A DNA stretch of 64,000 nucleotides from assembly GCF_006345805.1 (NCBI RefSeq), contig NC_042997.1, forward strand, positions 92,194,001 through 92,258,000, read 5' to 3'. Positions 1 through 13,995 of this stretch are shown in pieces. Below the pieces are notes generated by a model, which saw only the letters and a list, made by a program, of their open reading frames with translations, was not told the DNA's origin and did no database searches. This stretch comes from Octopus sinensis. Lineage: Eukaryota. Positions within the stretch are counted from its first letter, which is position 1; each line of letters opens with the position of its first letter. The translations under genes were made by a program, and so were the position numbers.

Positions 1-851
1 ACACTCAAATAATCTTAAACATACCTTTGAAGGAACAAAAAAAAATGTTCTATGTATTTAGTTACTGGATATTGTTATTTAAATTTTCCACTTAACAACA
101 AACAAATGTTCTTTGAATTTTAGACCATCTTATTCAACACAGAGCGAAAAGATAGCAGCTACACAAACATTAGAAAGGTTGGCAGTACACATTCTGTTAT
201 ACCTCTAAGTGAGAGACTTAACCCATTACAGTTGAATCCACCTAACGTAGGTACTGTAGGTAATGTAAGTCACTGTTAAAGATAGCAGCAGCATCATGGA
301 ATTGCTAAAAGATACATCAGTAGCAGTGATAATCTAAATTTCTTCAAGAGAAAATTTACCTATGATAGACCAGAGTCCTATTCAAAACAGTCAGAAAGGC
401 ATGGATATTTCAGTAAATAGATTAATTAATATCTCAGAAGCACATATTAATAAACCAAGCAGACAGAGGTTTGTTTAGAGACACACATGGCAGGTTGATG
501 CCAGGTACGAGTGAGATGTAGATAACAGTTGATTGCTATAAATAGTATATGTTAAAACAACCATCATTGGTTGTTATAAAATTTAACTTCATAGAATCTT
601 AATTGGTAATTAATTATAAAAATACAAAGTATTCCTTTATAGATTATTTTTATTGTATACACAAGATTTCTGCAATATTATTAGGTTGCTTGCTAAATAA
701 GCTGTGTTAACAGTATATATCCTAATTGTGTTTACACTTTTTAGAAAATAAAACACAAAGATCTCCAACACTTAGGATAAAAAGTGGTGTAAGAAAAGTG
801 AGGATTAAATGTACAGAAGAGAAAATAATAAAAAGGAAATTTAAAACTTAC

Positions 852-915
852 TTTGACCTAATGTAAAAGGAAGTACTGTTAGAAGAACCAGAAGCCAGGG
901 TTGCCAGAACAACAT
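852..915 (-). CDS. Signal-peptide coding exon of a host secreted or membrane protein; the gene continues left of the window
   Basis: Minus strand reads tttctttactag|G ATG TTG TTC TGG ... GGT CAA A|gtaagt. Translation MLFWQPWLLVLLTVLPFTLGQ has a hydrophobic core, a T-x-G|Q cleavage pattern and a phase-1 donor. An alternative acceptor (ttatttcag) lies at 951. Confidence 0.72.
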
Positions 916-1889
916 CCTAGTAAAGAAATAAAAAATACAGTTATAATCTTCCTGAAATAAAGTATTAAATTATCAAACATAATCTAAAAGCAAATGGAAA
1001 ACCTATGGAGAAACAGGAGGTTTTACTTTAATTCTCTCATATAATTATAGGATCATTAGTAAGGCATAATTGACTTTAAACCTATGCCAAAAACTGATTT
1101 AACATTTTATTAATGATTAAAACAATAAAATCAAACAAGACAATTGTAAATATTACATATATTGTAATATAAATGTTCACAGCTTTATAATGTCATGTTC
1201 TCACAGTGATTGCAAAGCATACAAAGAAACACAAATCTATAATAAATTTATAAACTGGTTTTATTACTTTAATAACAAAACAATGATCATGAGAAAAAAA
1301 AAAGGTACGAATGTCCTATGAATAAATTAGCTAGTTAAGACTTGATATCACAGTAGTATTGATGTTGATAATTGCTAAGGTTAAATTATTGGCCTAAATT
1401 TAGTTTATCAGAAGAAAATCTATGAACATCTGGTTATTTAAGTATGTATTAACCTATTTATGTGACTTTCCTTTTCCATTCCTCAAATTAAACAGACAAA
1501 TGCTCACAATATTTTTAAAGATATGACACTCCTTTGGAACCACACTTCACTTAAATCAGTTCATAAGCAAAATGATAAAAAGTGGATGTCTTTAGTTTAA
1601 TATTGAGAAGATTCTAACAGCTGTTTGCATCTTCTAAAAGCTAGGCATTTAGTGAGAAATATATATATATGTATTGCATGCAGCTCTCTAAAAGTCTTCT
1701 TAAAAAATATAAAAAAATTGTGCAATTACACTAGATAGTGACACTTAACAATAGCAAAAAAATAAACATTATTCATTCTAAACAAAAGGTAAGAATGGTA
1801 CAATTCATACCACAACAATATCTATGTTCAAAAGTCCAAAGATGTTACTATGGATCATCTTATTTATATATGTATATATAAATATAATG

Positions 1890-1979
<90 letters not shown>

Positions 1980-2029
1980 TGTATGTATGTATATATGTAT
2001 ATATATATGTGTATCACAACTCCTACACA

Positions 2030-3940
2030 ACAGCATCATCAATAATTACACCAAGGCTAGGCCACAGACCTATAACTAAATTAATAAAAAAGCTAGTGTT
2101 ATTGCTGCTAGACTTAAATTAGATAAAAAAAAATAGAGGTCCTCCCCCAAAAAGAGGCCTTTATAACTATCAAAGACCATAAAAAGAACTTCCTATCCAA
2201 TCCTAAATATAGGCTTATTAATCCAGCAAAATCAGAACTTGGCATTATTAGTAAAGAAATTTGAAGAAAAATCAATGCAAAAATTAGGACCGACACTAGG
2301 CTAGTACAATGGACCAATAGTATAGAAGTCGTTTAAAGCCATTAAGAATAAAGTGAGATTTACACAATTTGATATTGTTGATTTTTATGCCTCTATCTCT
2401 AAAGAACTGCTAGATAAAGCCCTCACCTTTGCAAGCGAATTCATAGAAATCAGCACACAGGATAAGGACATAATCTTCCATGCTAGAAAGACTTTACTTT
2501 TCAGAGAGAACGCAGAGTGGATCAAGACTACCAATACAGAGGGTGCTTTTGATGTGAGCATGGGGGTCATATGATGGAGCAGGCATGTGTGATCTTATTG
2601 TATTATTCCTATTCCATATTTCAGGCAAGACCTTTCCTGACGTATACTTTGCCATCTACAAAGATGATGCCCTTGCCTTAATTGCAAATACCAATGGACC
2701 AGCATAGCATAGGATCGGTTTAGGAAGGATATTATCCATTTGATGAAAACCCTTGGACTTGGTATAACTAGACACCAACTTGACGGTTGTCCATTTCCTA
2801 GATGTATCCTTAGATCTAACTAAGAACATTTATAAGCCTTATAGGAAGCCCAATGATAGACTTAGACTATATCAATGTAGGTTCCTGCCATACCCCTATA
2901 GTGTTTAAAAATTTAGTTAAAAACATTAGCAAGAGAATTTCTAGCCTCTCCTCTGATAAGAACATTTTTAATAGCATTGCCCCAATATATAATAAGGCTC
3001 TAAAAGGTAGTGGTTTTAGCGAGGAAATAACCTATATACCTGCTACCAGCCCAACAATAAAGAAGAGGAAGCATAGGAATAGGAAAGCCATCTGGTTCAC
3101 ACACCCCTACTCACCTGAGGTGGCCTTCAATATAGGCAAGTATTTCTTAGCACTGATAGATAGACATTTTCCAATCAACCATACTTACAGAAAGCTCTTC
3201 AATAGACACAACTTAAAAATCAGTTTCAGCTCAACTACCAATTTTAAAAATATAATTGCACACAACACACAAAAACCACAATACAAAACCAGCTGTTCAT
3301 GCAGGGATAAAAATTTGTGCCCACTAAATGGAGCTTGCATGTCCGAGACCATCATTTATGAAGCCACCGTGGACTCTATACCCACTAAAGACACGGTTTT
3401 GACGAAGAAATATGTGGGCCTTACAGAGGGTAATTTCAAGGCCAGGTTCAATAATCACACCTTGAACTTTAGGCACTGGGATAAAAGGAAAACAACCCAA
3501 TTATCCAGTCATATATGGTCATTAAAAGATAAAGGTGTCAGTTACAACATCCATTGTTCAAGCCCTACACCAACGGCAGTGGAAAGTGTGTCTATGTGAT
3601 ATGGAAAGATGGCTCATCTGGAAAAGCAGCTAAGACCGCGCTATATGTCTGAATTCAAGAACTGAACTTTTCAGGTCATGCCCACATATGGCCAAATATT
3701 TGTTACGTTTCCTTGTATTGTATGTCCTGAACTCTATTTTTTGTTGTTTAAGAAAAATGTCCATTTCCTTGGCTTTGTGTTTATGTTTTCGTTTCTCATT
3801 GTGTTCGACGTATTTTGGTGTCCTATACCCATATATGCATGTATATATACATGTAGATGTAAGTACATACATATATGTATGTATATATGCATATGTTTTA
3901 TTTATTAATTTGTTATTATATGACGGAACACACATCCATT
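2030..3940 (+). mobile_element. Penelope-like retroelement relic (RT + GIY-YIG), probably Naiad-type
   Basis: RT motifs FDIVDFYASI, FDVSMG, YKDD, FLDV and YKPYRKP. GIY-YIG region SCSCR..CPLNGACM..IIYEA..YVGLT..FKARFNNH. Several stops and frameshifts. Confidence 0.9.
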
Positions 3941-3956
3941 TCTAAGTAAGTTTGTT

Positions 3957-4003
<47 letters not shown>

Positions 4004-4090
4004 GTGTGTGTGTGTGTGTGTGTATAAATATATATAAGATTATATATGTGTGTATATATATATATGTATATATACATATATGTGTGTGTG

Positions 4091-4148
<58 letters not shown>

Positions 4149-4679
4149 CATTTGCCAGATTTGTATTAGTTAATAAAATCTATAAAAAAAGTACAGTGAG
4201 CTCGCCAATGTATCATTCTTTTTAAGACGCTGAGTTGTGATTTGAGGAAGATTTGGTTGCACTTTCAAGTGGCTATGTAAAAGTTTCCTAGTCAGTTTCA
4301 ATAATTTTTTCTTTTCATAATGTGAAAGATGGCTATAATTATTGTAAATTCAAAAATATACCAGATTTACTCATAGATGAAATTTACAGAAGCCTACTAA
4401 CTAAAAAAAAAAAAAAACCCAAAAAACAAAGAAGGGATGATGACTGTAAGTTATCTGAATGCAGTAAATTATACAAAACTTGATAAACATTGAAGTTTAT
4501 AAGAACTATACTGAAATACTCTGATATGTAAACAAATATAATAATGTTTATTACAATTTACACTTTAAAATGTTAATTAGGCATGTATATATTATTAATA
4601 AAATAAAGCTTGTGTTACGTAGGAGTTATTTTGACAAGAGCACTAAAGTGAAGGACTTATATAGTAACTAGTGCAAGTC

Positions 4680-5420
4680 TTACATCATCTCCTGCTTTTG
4701 TAGTAGCTGAGTGATGCAGATAATGATTTATAAACACAGGGAGACTGAATGAAACAAACCAGTGACTCAGTCTGTCATTCAACCAACTCCACCCACCAAG
4801 TCATACAGAATATGTTCCTTTCCAGTTACTGCAGATCTCCAGCTTTGATTCCTCATAATCCACTGCTGTACAATAATAACAACATATGTTTAATGCATGC
4901 ACAGTTTCGTGATGAGAATCTCTTTGTAATCAATATAAACAACAGTTCTGGAAACCTCTTCCCCAAGCTTCACATTTTAGAGATGGGGGTTATCATTAGT
5001 TAAGCCTACATTATTAAATAGATCTATATCAGAATTTTATCACTGCTTTATTTCCTTATATTTTATTCTATTTAACTCAGCTCTCTTATCTTTATCACAG
5101 TGGTTAATAATGGTGATGACATATCAGTTGTCAGTGATAATACCTTCCTGCCTAATTTAATTACCTCAACAAAAAACTCCAGTATCTTTGCGTTTTTTAA
5201 AAAATTTTTTTCTGAAAATGTCAATAAAATGCAAGCTGTCTCTCACACCCAACAACCACTGGACACACCAAAGTGTCTTCTCTCAATTCAATATATTACA
5301 TTAGTCTATGTACCTTTGAACGTACTAATACTATATTGCCTTCATTTAGTATTCTCTCTCCTCCTTCCTTCTAACCATTCATACCATGTATCAACACTGC
5401 CTGTCAATTTTTGTTTTTAT
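4680..5420 (-). mobile_element. Possible highly degraded pogo-like transposase relic
   Basis: ERRHFGV resembles the AERHFG motif of the pogo copy at 23548. The rest is heavily disrupted. Confidence 0.3.
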
Positions 5421-5624
5421 TTCAAAGGACTAATAAATAATAGAGATAATACACTATTATTATAATTTTAATCAATCATACTGAACCTAATACTTATTTA
5501 TAAGATTGGTACTTGTCAATCACTTTCTAGAACTGCAACAAAATTATGGGCACCAATTCTTAGTGAAAAAAACTGAATGAAGACAAGATATATATATATA
5601 TATATATATATTTCTCTCTTTCTC

Positions 5625-6029
5625 TTTTCTCTTTTACTTGTTTCAGTCATTTAACTGCGGCCATGCTGGAGCACCGCCTTTAGTCAAGCAAATCGACCCC
5701 GGGACTTATTCTTTGTAAGCCCAGTACTTATTTTATCGGTCTCTTTTGCTGAACCTCTAAGTGACGGGGACGTAAACACACCAGCATCGGTTGTCGAGCA
5801 ATGCTAGGGGGACAAACACAGACACACAAACATATACACACACACTTATATATATATACATATATACGACAGGCTTCTTTCAGTTTCCGTCTACCAAATC
5901 CACTCACAAGGCATTGGTCGGCCCGGGGCTATAGCAGAAGACACTTGCCCAAGATGCCACGCAGTGGGACTGAACCCGGAACGATGTGGTTGGTTAGCAA
6001 GCTACTTACCACACAGCCACTCCTGCGCC

Positions 6030-6030
<1 letters not shown>
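5625..6030 (-). mobile_element. tRNA-derived SINE, family A (CORE-like)
   Basis: Head ggcgcaggagtggctgtgtgg (A box) and ggttcagtccc (B box), followed by cttgggcaagtgtcttct. Many copies in the window. Confidence 0.9.
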
Positions 6031-6078
<48 letters not shown>

Positions 6079-6631
6079 AACACACACTCAGAGTTATTCA
6101 TTGTTTTACATGGTAGTTTTATTTTAGCAAGGTTTACCATCCAGCTGCAGAGCTGTAGAAATCATGTCAAAACAGACATTGGACCATAATGCAATCCACA
6201 ATTCATCAGAGCTTGTGAAACTGCACATCTCATACCAGTATGGACAGTGGATGTTAAATGATGATGATGATAATGATTTACAAATATTGTTCTGAGACAG
6301 TACATGTCAGCCTTACTGTTTCCATTTGAGTTTTTTTTATTTTCCTTTTCTCTTAATTTTAATACACTTCTTTAATAGTAAAGTAGACCACACGTTAAAG
6401 TAACATTACGTTGGCTTTATCTTTTAGATCTTATTGAATATATCAGGATTCAGTAATAAAATTTCAAATATCAAACCCAAATTTAATAGATTAAATCAAT
6501 TTCAAAACAGAGAATATTTAACAGAATCAGTGAAACAACTTATTATAAAAGATACTGCAAGAAAAATGAAAAGAAATGAAAAAAATTCAAAGCCATTATA
6601 ACCATATGACATAAGTTTAAAACACAAATCA

Positions 6632-6965
6632 TATAGGCAGCATGGCACCTTGAGCAAGTGTCTTCTATAGCCTCAGCTGACCAGAGCCTTGTGAGTGGAT
6701 TTGGTAGACAGAAACTGAAAGAAGCCCATCGTATATATGTGTATATATGTTTGTGTGTCTTTGTGTCTGTGTTTGTGCTCCCACCATCACTTGACAACCG
6801 ATGTTAGTGAGTTTGCGTCCCCGTAACTTAGAAGTTCAGCAGAAGAGACTGATAGAATAAGTACTAGGCTTACAAAGAATAAGTCCTGAGATCGATTTCT
6901 TCAACACCCTTTAAGGTCTTGCTCCAGCATGGCCGTAGCCAAATTACAAACAAGTAAAAAAATAA
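6632..6965 (+). mobile_element. SINE family A, internally deleted
   Basis: Shares gtggatttggtagacagaaactgaaagaagcc and the tail with other copies. Confidence 0.85.
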
Positions 6966-7102
6966 AAGAATATTTACACAGTAACATTACGGAAACACTG
7001 AAAAAAGCTCTATCATTTGGATAGAAGATAAAACACATATGATTGCTTAAAAACAACTTTGTTATATGTCAAAAAGTAGTTAGAATTTTTTATCAAATCA
7101 AC

Positions 7103-7480
7103 AGGCATGGGTGTATGGTAAAAAGTTTGCTTCTCAACAACACGGTTCTTGGTCCAATCCCACTGCATGGCACCTTGAGCAAGTGTTGTCTACTATAACC
7201 TCTGGATGACCAAAGTCTTGTAAGTGGATTTGGTAGATGGAAACTGAAAGAAGCCTATTGTGCATATGTGAGTGTGTGTGTATGTTTGTTCCCTACTACT
7301 GCTTGACGACTGGTGTTGGTTTGTGTACATCCTTGTAACTTAGAGGTTTGGCAAAAGATAGGATAAGTACCAGGGTTAAAAAAAAACAAAAAACAAATAA
7401 GGGCTAGGGTCAATTTGACTAAAATTCCTCAAGGTGGTACCCTGGCATGGTCACAGTGTAATAAACGAAACAAATAAAGG
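7103..7480 (+). mobile_element. SINE family A, diverged
   Basis: Same head, core and tail motifs, CpG-decayed. Confidence 0.85.
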
Positions 7481-7539
7481 ATAAAAGATAAATTACAAAT
7501 CAAATATTTAATCCCTAATAATCTTGATTCTGGGACAGT

Positions 7540-8260
7540 AAAGGTTGGTTGGAAGAATTTTCAATCAAACTTTCTATATATTGTACAGCGAAAGTGGATC
7601 AAGTGATAAGAAAACTGCAGATGAATTAACTGAAATAACTGAAGAGTCCTACTCTTTAAAACAAATATTTAATGCTAATGAAACCAATTTATTCTGGAAG
7701 AAAATGTCAGAGAACTTTCATATCAAGAACAGGAAAAACAGTTAGCAGATTCAAAGCATCTAAAAATCGAATTGTATTATAATGCTGTAATGCATTAGGT
7801 GACTGTTTTATGAAACCATTACTAATTAATGGGCCTCTTGATCCACCAGCAATGAGACAACTGAATTAAAATACCCTCCTAGTTTATTGGCATGTGAATA
7901 CAAAATCATGGATGCCTGTTGTAATATTTGAAAGTCAGCTTTTATCAATATTGTTTCTGAAGCTGAAATTAATACAAAACAACAAAATTTTATTACTAAT
8001 TGATAATACTCCATCACATCATTGTGATTTAGAACACAAATGTTAAGTTCTATTTTTATCACCTAAATAATATTACACCGTAGATCAAATTATAATTTGT
8101 GTTTTAAAGGTAATTATATTAAACATACCTATAAAAAAAAAAATGGATGATAGGTGGTATGGGAAAAATTTAATATTCTTCATTGTGTGAAGATAATTGC
8201 AATAGAAATACATAAAATTTTACAAACATATATCTTAAATGCATGCTGAAATGCCATTTT
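7540..8260 (+). mobile_element. Tigger/pogo-type DDE transposase relic
   Basis: QIFNANETNLFWKKM, RFKASKNR, KSWM, KILLLIDNTPSH and VLFLSP, with stops and frameshifts. Confidence 0.75.
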
Positions 8261-8624
8261 AACTGGATTAGTACTAAACAGAAGTGATGGTGAAACACAA
8301 ACATTTGATCTAAGACAAAATTAATATTGCCCATTCAATAGGAATGCAAAACTTCCAAAAGATGGATTATAAATGGTAAAAAATCTGGAACTTTATTTTA
8401 TAAAAAAAAATGATCCTAACTGGAACAGTTTGAAATTTCAAAGAGAAATAATGATAGATGAAAATTTTGATCTGTAAGTTATGGAGCCCAAAATTAGAGA
8501 TTTCATGCAACAGCTGGTGATACCTAATACAGAAGGAGCAAGAAATACTAATGTTTACTGATGGATTTTCAACAAATAAAAAAGAAAATTATTTTAATAT
8601 GGCCAGGTAACCATGTACCTCCAC

Positions 8625-8945
8625 TATAGAAAGACACCCGTTTCTGCCACTCTCTCTTTCTATCATACTCTAACCTTTCATCATCTGACACAAGATTCCC
8701 TCTTCCAGTGCCCCTCTCCTCTCAAAATTCCTTGTTTTGCAAGTTACTTGGTGACCCTGCCAGTGCTGGTGCCACATAAAAGACACTCAATCCACTCTGC
8801 AGAGTGGTTGATGTTATGAAGAGTATCGAGCTGTAAAAACCCTGCCAAAATAGACAATACCTGGCTGGCTCCTGTCAAACTTTCTGACCCATGCCTGCAT
8901 GGAAGGTGGATGTTAAATGATGATGATGAAGATAATAATGATGAT
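8625..8945 (+). mobile_element. RTE-type 3' tail fragment ending in (GAT)n
   Basis: Similar to the 3' UTR at 35270-35460 (catggaaggtggatgttaaatgatgatgatg). Confidence 0.65.
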
Positions 8946-9021
8946 TAACTGAACTGCAGTTAAGCCTTCAAAGGTTTTAGCCGATATTCATCTTGGTACT
9001 TATTTCATTTGTTGAACCTTA

Positions 9022-9407
9022 GTGGAAGCACTCTGTCGGTTACGACGACGAGGGTTCCAGTTGATCCGATCAACGGAACAGCCTGCTCGTGAAATTAACG
9101 TGTAAGTGGCTGAGCACTCCACAGACACGTGTACCCGTAACGTAGTTCTCAGGGAGATTCAGCGTGACACAGAGAGTAACAAGGCCGGCCCTTTGAAATA
9201 CAGGTACAACAGAAACAGGAAGTAAGAGTGAGAGAAAGTTGTGGTGAAAGAGTACAGCAGGGATCACCACCATCCCCTGCCGGAGCCTCGTGGAGCTTTT
9301 AGGTGTTTTCGCTCAATAAACACTCACAACGCCCGGTCTGGGAATCGAAACCGCGATCCTATGACCGCGAGTCCGCTGCCCTAACCACTGGGCCATTGCG
9401 CCTCCAC
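9022..9407 (-). mobile_element. Young tRNA-derived SINE, family C
   Basis: Head GGCGCAATGGCCCAGTGGTTAGGGCAGCGG...GGTTTCGATTCCC has A and B boxes. CpG-rich inside CpG-poor flanks. Confidence 0.85.
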
Positions 9408-10479
9408 TTTTGTTGAACCATCAAGTCATGGGATACAGTAATACAATGTAAATAGCAATGGTTTTCATATTAATGTAAACATAAACATGGATACACCCCC
9501 ATCACACCTGTATTTCAATAAATAATTGTTTAAATTTTGTTTGTCTGCTTTCTGTGGATAATATCAATATTATCCTCTCTCAGTTTACTCAGTGACTCAA
9601 GGAACTATCTGACAGTGTAAAATGAAAGACAACTATGTCATACATAAATTCACACACGGTAAGCTTCTGCACCATTTCTGTCAACTGAGTTTTACTCACA
9701 AGGCATTGGTCAGTTGACAACACTTGCTCAAAATGTCATACAGTAATGACCAAACCTCAAACTATTTGGTTGCAAAATAAACTTGTTATCTACAAACAAA
9801 TGACTAGACCCAATAGTTTAATAATAAATAATAGAACAGTAATACTAAGTCAGTAACCTTGTCCAATTAATTTATCATCTCTGGTTTGAGTACATAACAC
9901 TAGAGTAAGTGGAGTGAAATATGAATCCACTAGTCTAGGCCTATTATATTCTTTGAAAGTTCTTTTCCATTTCACTCTATTTAGGAATTGTTAAGAGTAG
10001 GCTATACTCATTTTCCACATATTTTAATCTCTAGAATATAGTTTTGTGGATTTGTACATTCCTTTGTGGTGTAAGATAAAAGGGAATTTCAATTGTTTTT
10101 TTAAAAAATTTAAACTGTTCTTGTAGGCAACACACAATTACGTGCTTCAATGCCAGTGAATTTTCTAGAAATAGTATAATATTTACATTGAGTCCCATCA
10201 AAGAGCAAATACTTTCAGTATTAAAAAAAGACTAAAATTGTGTGAGCGTGAGTGTGGTGTTATAATTTGTATTTGTAAAACTTGACTGGTTGAAGTATAA
10301 CAAATGCAGTATATTTGAATATGCACATGCTTAGCAAGCAAACAGTTGTTGGAGCATTGAAAACTTGACTAGCTGTTATAAATTTTGTTATTTGTCAACT
10401 ATGCTGCTTTTCAGTCAGAACTAAAGGGTTAGAAAATAAAATTTACTTGAGCCTAGGTCAGCATACACTAAAATTACAT

Positions 10480-11045
10480 CAGTCCTAAAATGAATCCATT
10501 CCACTGATAACACAGCTTTTTTCCCCATTCAGCACTAATTGACTATTCTGGTCTCAAGATATGTGCATGATTGTACTTCACGCACCAAAAGGTGCCTTCA
10601 GCCACATTCTCAGCTTTCTTGTGCTTGGTATTTCATAACAGTTAACACTATACATCTTATGGATCATTGTTGTCTCAATTTTTCCCATTGTTCACTGATC
10701 TTCCATTTCAGGTCACCTCTTACTATCATGCAGCATCACACTTCAAACACAAACAACATAATGTTTTACCTTTAGCATGGACACAGAGAAAGATAGAAAT
10801 TCTTCAGAGACAACGTGATTTAAAAAATTTTCTAGCTAATATGCTCTCACTCCAACAATTTCCAGCATTAATTAAATTTTGTAAGTAATAGAAGCTATCA
10901 ACTATGTCTACTGAGCCATGAGAACAGCTCATGGTCTTCATTTCATAAGTATTTCTTACTACTAATTTTGTACATCTTACACTTTTAAAGTCTGGGTTCT
11001 CAGTCAGTCTGTCAGTAATCCTACAGCAAAGTGCTTCATTAAGCA
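10480..11045 (-). mobile_element. Degenerate RTE LINE RT C-terminal fragment
   Basis: DIVDSFYYLQNLINAGNCWSESILAR aligns by eye with EVVDSFHYLGDQVSSGGGCTESVAAR at about 34510. Confidence 0.65.
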
Positions 11046-12019
11046 TATATTAAATTTCTAATTAAAAGTAAATTCTAACTTTTGTATCAGTTAACAAATT
11101 GCATTTGTATGTGAATATCATTTTAATGCCCACCTTTCTATGCAAGCATGGATCAAATTGAATTTTCTGAAGCAGATTTTTTATAGCTAGACGCCCTTCT
11201 TGTTACCAATCCTCACTTGTTTCCAAGCAAGGTAATATTTCGCCATGATTAGACATATTTACAAGCAAGATTGGAAATGAAAGACACCACTTTCATGATG
11301 GTGACATATGTTCACAATTATCGTGTGACATGACGTGAAGGCCAGGGGACACTAACACACACACACACACACATATATACATGCATGCACATACACACGA
11401 TGGGCTTAGCAAATTCACTCACAATTCTTTGGCTAGCCCGGGGCTATAGAAGACACTTGCTCAAGATGCTACACATTGAGGTTGAACCTGAAACTATATG
11501 GTTGGGAAGCAAACTTCCAACAGCTAACACCCACACATTAAATAATAGATAATTGTTTTTGTAACTAGTTAATGATTATATTTTAACTATCATTTAAAGA
11601 ATATTTTTAATTCATGGAGCTTTAGAGAATTAAAAAATGCAATAGAAGAGATTTTATTTATTTAGGTTCAAAAAAGTTATTTCAAGCAATAAGGGCTAAA
11701 ACACAAAAACAGCCAGGGAGGAGAGATATGTGCACGATAAAAGATGATATAAATATAACTTTATTTCAAAGAAACAGACAGTAAAAGGACTGCCAATTGA
11801 AGATAAGGTTAGCAGTAGTAAATAAAAAAAAATTCAACATAACATTTAAAAAGAAGCTAAAAGGGTGTTGCCTTTAAGGGAAAAAAACAAATAAGTTAAA
11901 TAAATTACGGTATCAGATGGACAATAATAAAAAAAATTTAGGAGGTATATACACACACACACTGATCATTTCTTTAAATGATGATTTGATATAAATGTAC
12001 TTATTGAAAAAATTACATT

Positions 12020-12410
12020 ATAGGTGCAGGTGTGGCTGCGTGGTAAGAAGCTTACTTCTCAACCACATAGTTCCAGGTTCATTTCCATTGTATGGCATCT
12101 TGGGCAAATGTTTTCTACTATAGCCTTGGGCTGACCAAAGCCTTGCAAGTGGATTTGGTAGATGCAAACTGAAAGAAGCCCATCGAGTGTGTGTGTATCT
12201 GTGTGTGTCTGTTCCCCACTACTGATTGACAACAGGTGTTGATGTGTTTATATCCATGTAACTTAGTGGTTTGGCAAAAGAGACTGATAGGATAATTACT
12301 AAGCTTAAAAAATATGTCCTGGGGTCGATTTGTTTGACTAAAACCCTTCAAGGTGGTGCTCCAGCATAGTCACAATCAAATGACTGAAACAAGTACAAAA
12401 AAATAAAAGA
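12020..12410 (+). mobile_element. SINE family A
   Basis: Head ggtgcaggtgtggctgcgtggtaag plus full core and tail. Confidence 0.88.
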
Positions 12411-12413
12411 ATA

Positions 12414-13426
12414 TGAGGTGCACTCCAGAAGTACTGACTCTTTTTAAGGAAAAGCAGTCATAACTGCCCTAGGTTATTGTAATTTTAGTATACTGTTATT
12501 ATACAACTAATAAGCTGACCTGCCAACTTTTGTTATTCCAGATTGTAGGAGATGGCTGTAACACCACTTTGAACACCTCCTATGAAACACTGCTTGTCAC
12601 AGTTGATTAGTTTGCAGAATGTGTTTGGGATGATTGGAAGCTCATCATCATCATCATCATCATCGTTTAACGTCTGTTCTCCATGCTAGCATGGGTTGGA
12701 CGGTTCGACCGGGGATCTGGGAAGCCAGAAGGCTGCACCAGGCTCCAGTCTTATCTGGCAATTCAATATGCAATAATAAAGTTATGCGTTAAACTGGGCA
12801 AAAATGCTACAGAAACTTCTGAAATACTCCAGACTGCTTACAGATTAACCTTTTTACTGGCACAAGAGGATCAAGGATGGCAGAGAGGAGGTGAGAGACG
12901 ATGAGAAGCGTGGGAGGGAGAGGGACATCAGAAAACCAGATCTGGTTGAGAAAATTCACAACCTGTGGATGAAGACTGTCATGTATCTATAAAGACAATA
13001 AGTTTGGAGTTGGGTTGGCACCTGTACACAGAATTATTCATGAAAATCTGAACATGTGCAAAATTTGTTCCCATGGTGCTCAGTGATGAGCATCTTGGTA
13101 ACTAAGAACTTGACAGAGACAGGCATCAAAGCTGTTCCTCACCCTCCCTGCAGTCAAGATCTTACTCCCTGTGACTTTTGGTTGTTCCCCAACCTAAAAG
13201 AGAACTTCGGGACTAGTCATTTTAAAGGTGAAGAAGGCCATGACATGTGTCCTAGACACTTTCACTTTGAAGGACTTTCATGGGGCCTTCAAGAAGTAGC
13301 TGGAATGCTTGCTACAGTAAGTGCATTGAAGTTGGAGGATCCTACTTTAAATATTAGTTTTGTACTTCTTCGAAATTAATAAAGGTTTCTCTTGAAAAAG
13401 TCTGAAAATTTCTGGAATGTGCCTTG
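12414..13426 (+). mobile_element. mariner-like DNA transposon relic with TIRs and TA target sites
   Basis: Left TA|tgaggtgcactccagaa and right ttctggaatgtgccttg|TA are CpG-decayed inverted repeats. Motif HPPCSQDLTPCDFWLFPNLK. Interrupted by an RTE tail at about 12650-12760. Confidence 0.78.
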
Positions 13427-13636
13427 TAATGATGTAATCTTAGAGCTCTTGTAATTAGTAACAACTAAATTTGATTTATGACAAAACTATTCTGAATTCT
13501 AATATTCTATCATCCAAATAAACCTAATTTCATTTAAAATAGACTTTTTACATTTTCTACCACCTCATTCATTAAATGCAATATTGACTAATATATTCTT
13601 TACATATGTTAAAAAGTTCTAAAGTATGTTTTTATT

Positions 13637-13995
13637 ATTACCTCCACCTTAGCATAGGCAGACGTATAGCTTTCAGTTGTTTTTGTCCATAGACAAGATA
13701 TCTCAAGAACCACTGGATGGATTTAGATGAAACTTTCAGGGATCTTTGGCCTAATGACTGGCACAAACTGATTAGATTTTGGGATCAATCTGGTACCAGA
13801 CAAGTATTCTGGATTATTTTTACTGTTTTTTTACTTAATTTTTGAGACCAGTCAGGTTCATTTTTAGTATTCTCATTTGTGAGAGCAGTCAAGTTTATTT
13901 CAGATATTCTCATTTTAAAAATAATCTCTGGCTAATCATTGAGAGGATGTTAGTGTTGCCTTGGCAGAGGTTTGTACTCTCTGAGTGCTCTTGTT
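13637..13995 (+). mobile_element. Non-autonomous repeat, possibly Helitron/Helentron-like
   Basis: Starts attacctccacct and ends ggcagaggtttgtactctctgagtgctcttgtt, an architecture I associate with rolling-circle non-autonomous repeats. Confidence 0.35.

Noticed and set aside
100-560. Short open stretches at the window start as host exons
   Set aside because: Stops in the frames examined and no convincing splice pair.
1805-2122. YI/HT/CV-rich ORFs here and at many (TA)n, (CA)n and (TATG)n tracts
   Set aside because: They are translations of microsatellites with no coding signal.
2853-3630. Selenocysteine recoding as reported for some Naiad elements
   Set aside because: The zinc-finger cysteines are ordinary TGT/TGC codons, and the disruptions look like random decay.
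9330-9407. Functional tRNA gene
   Set aside because: The cloverleaf is imperfect and continues into a SINE body with no Pol III terminator.
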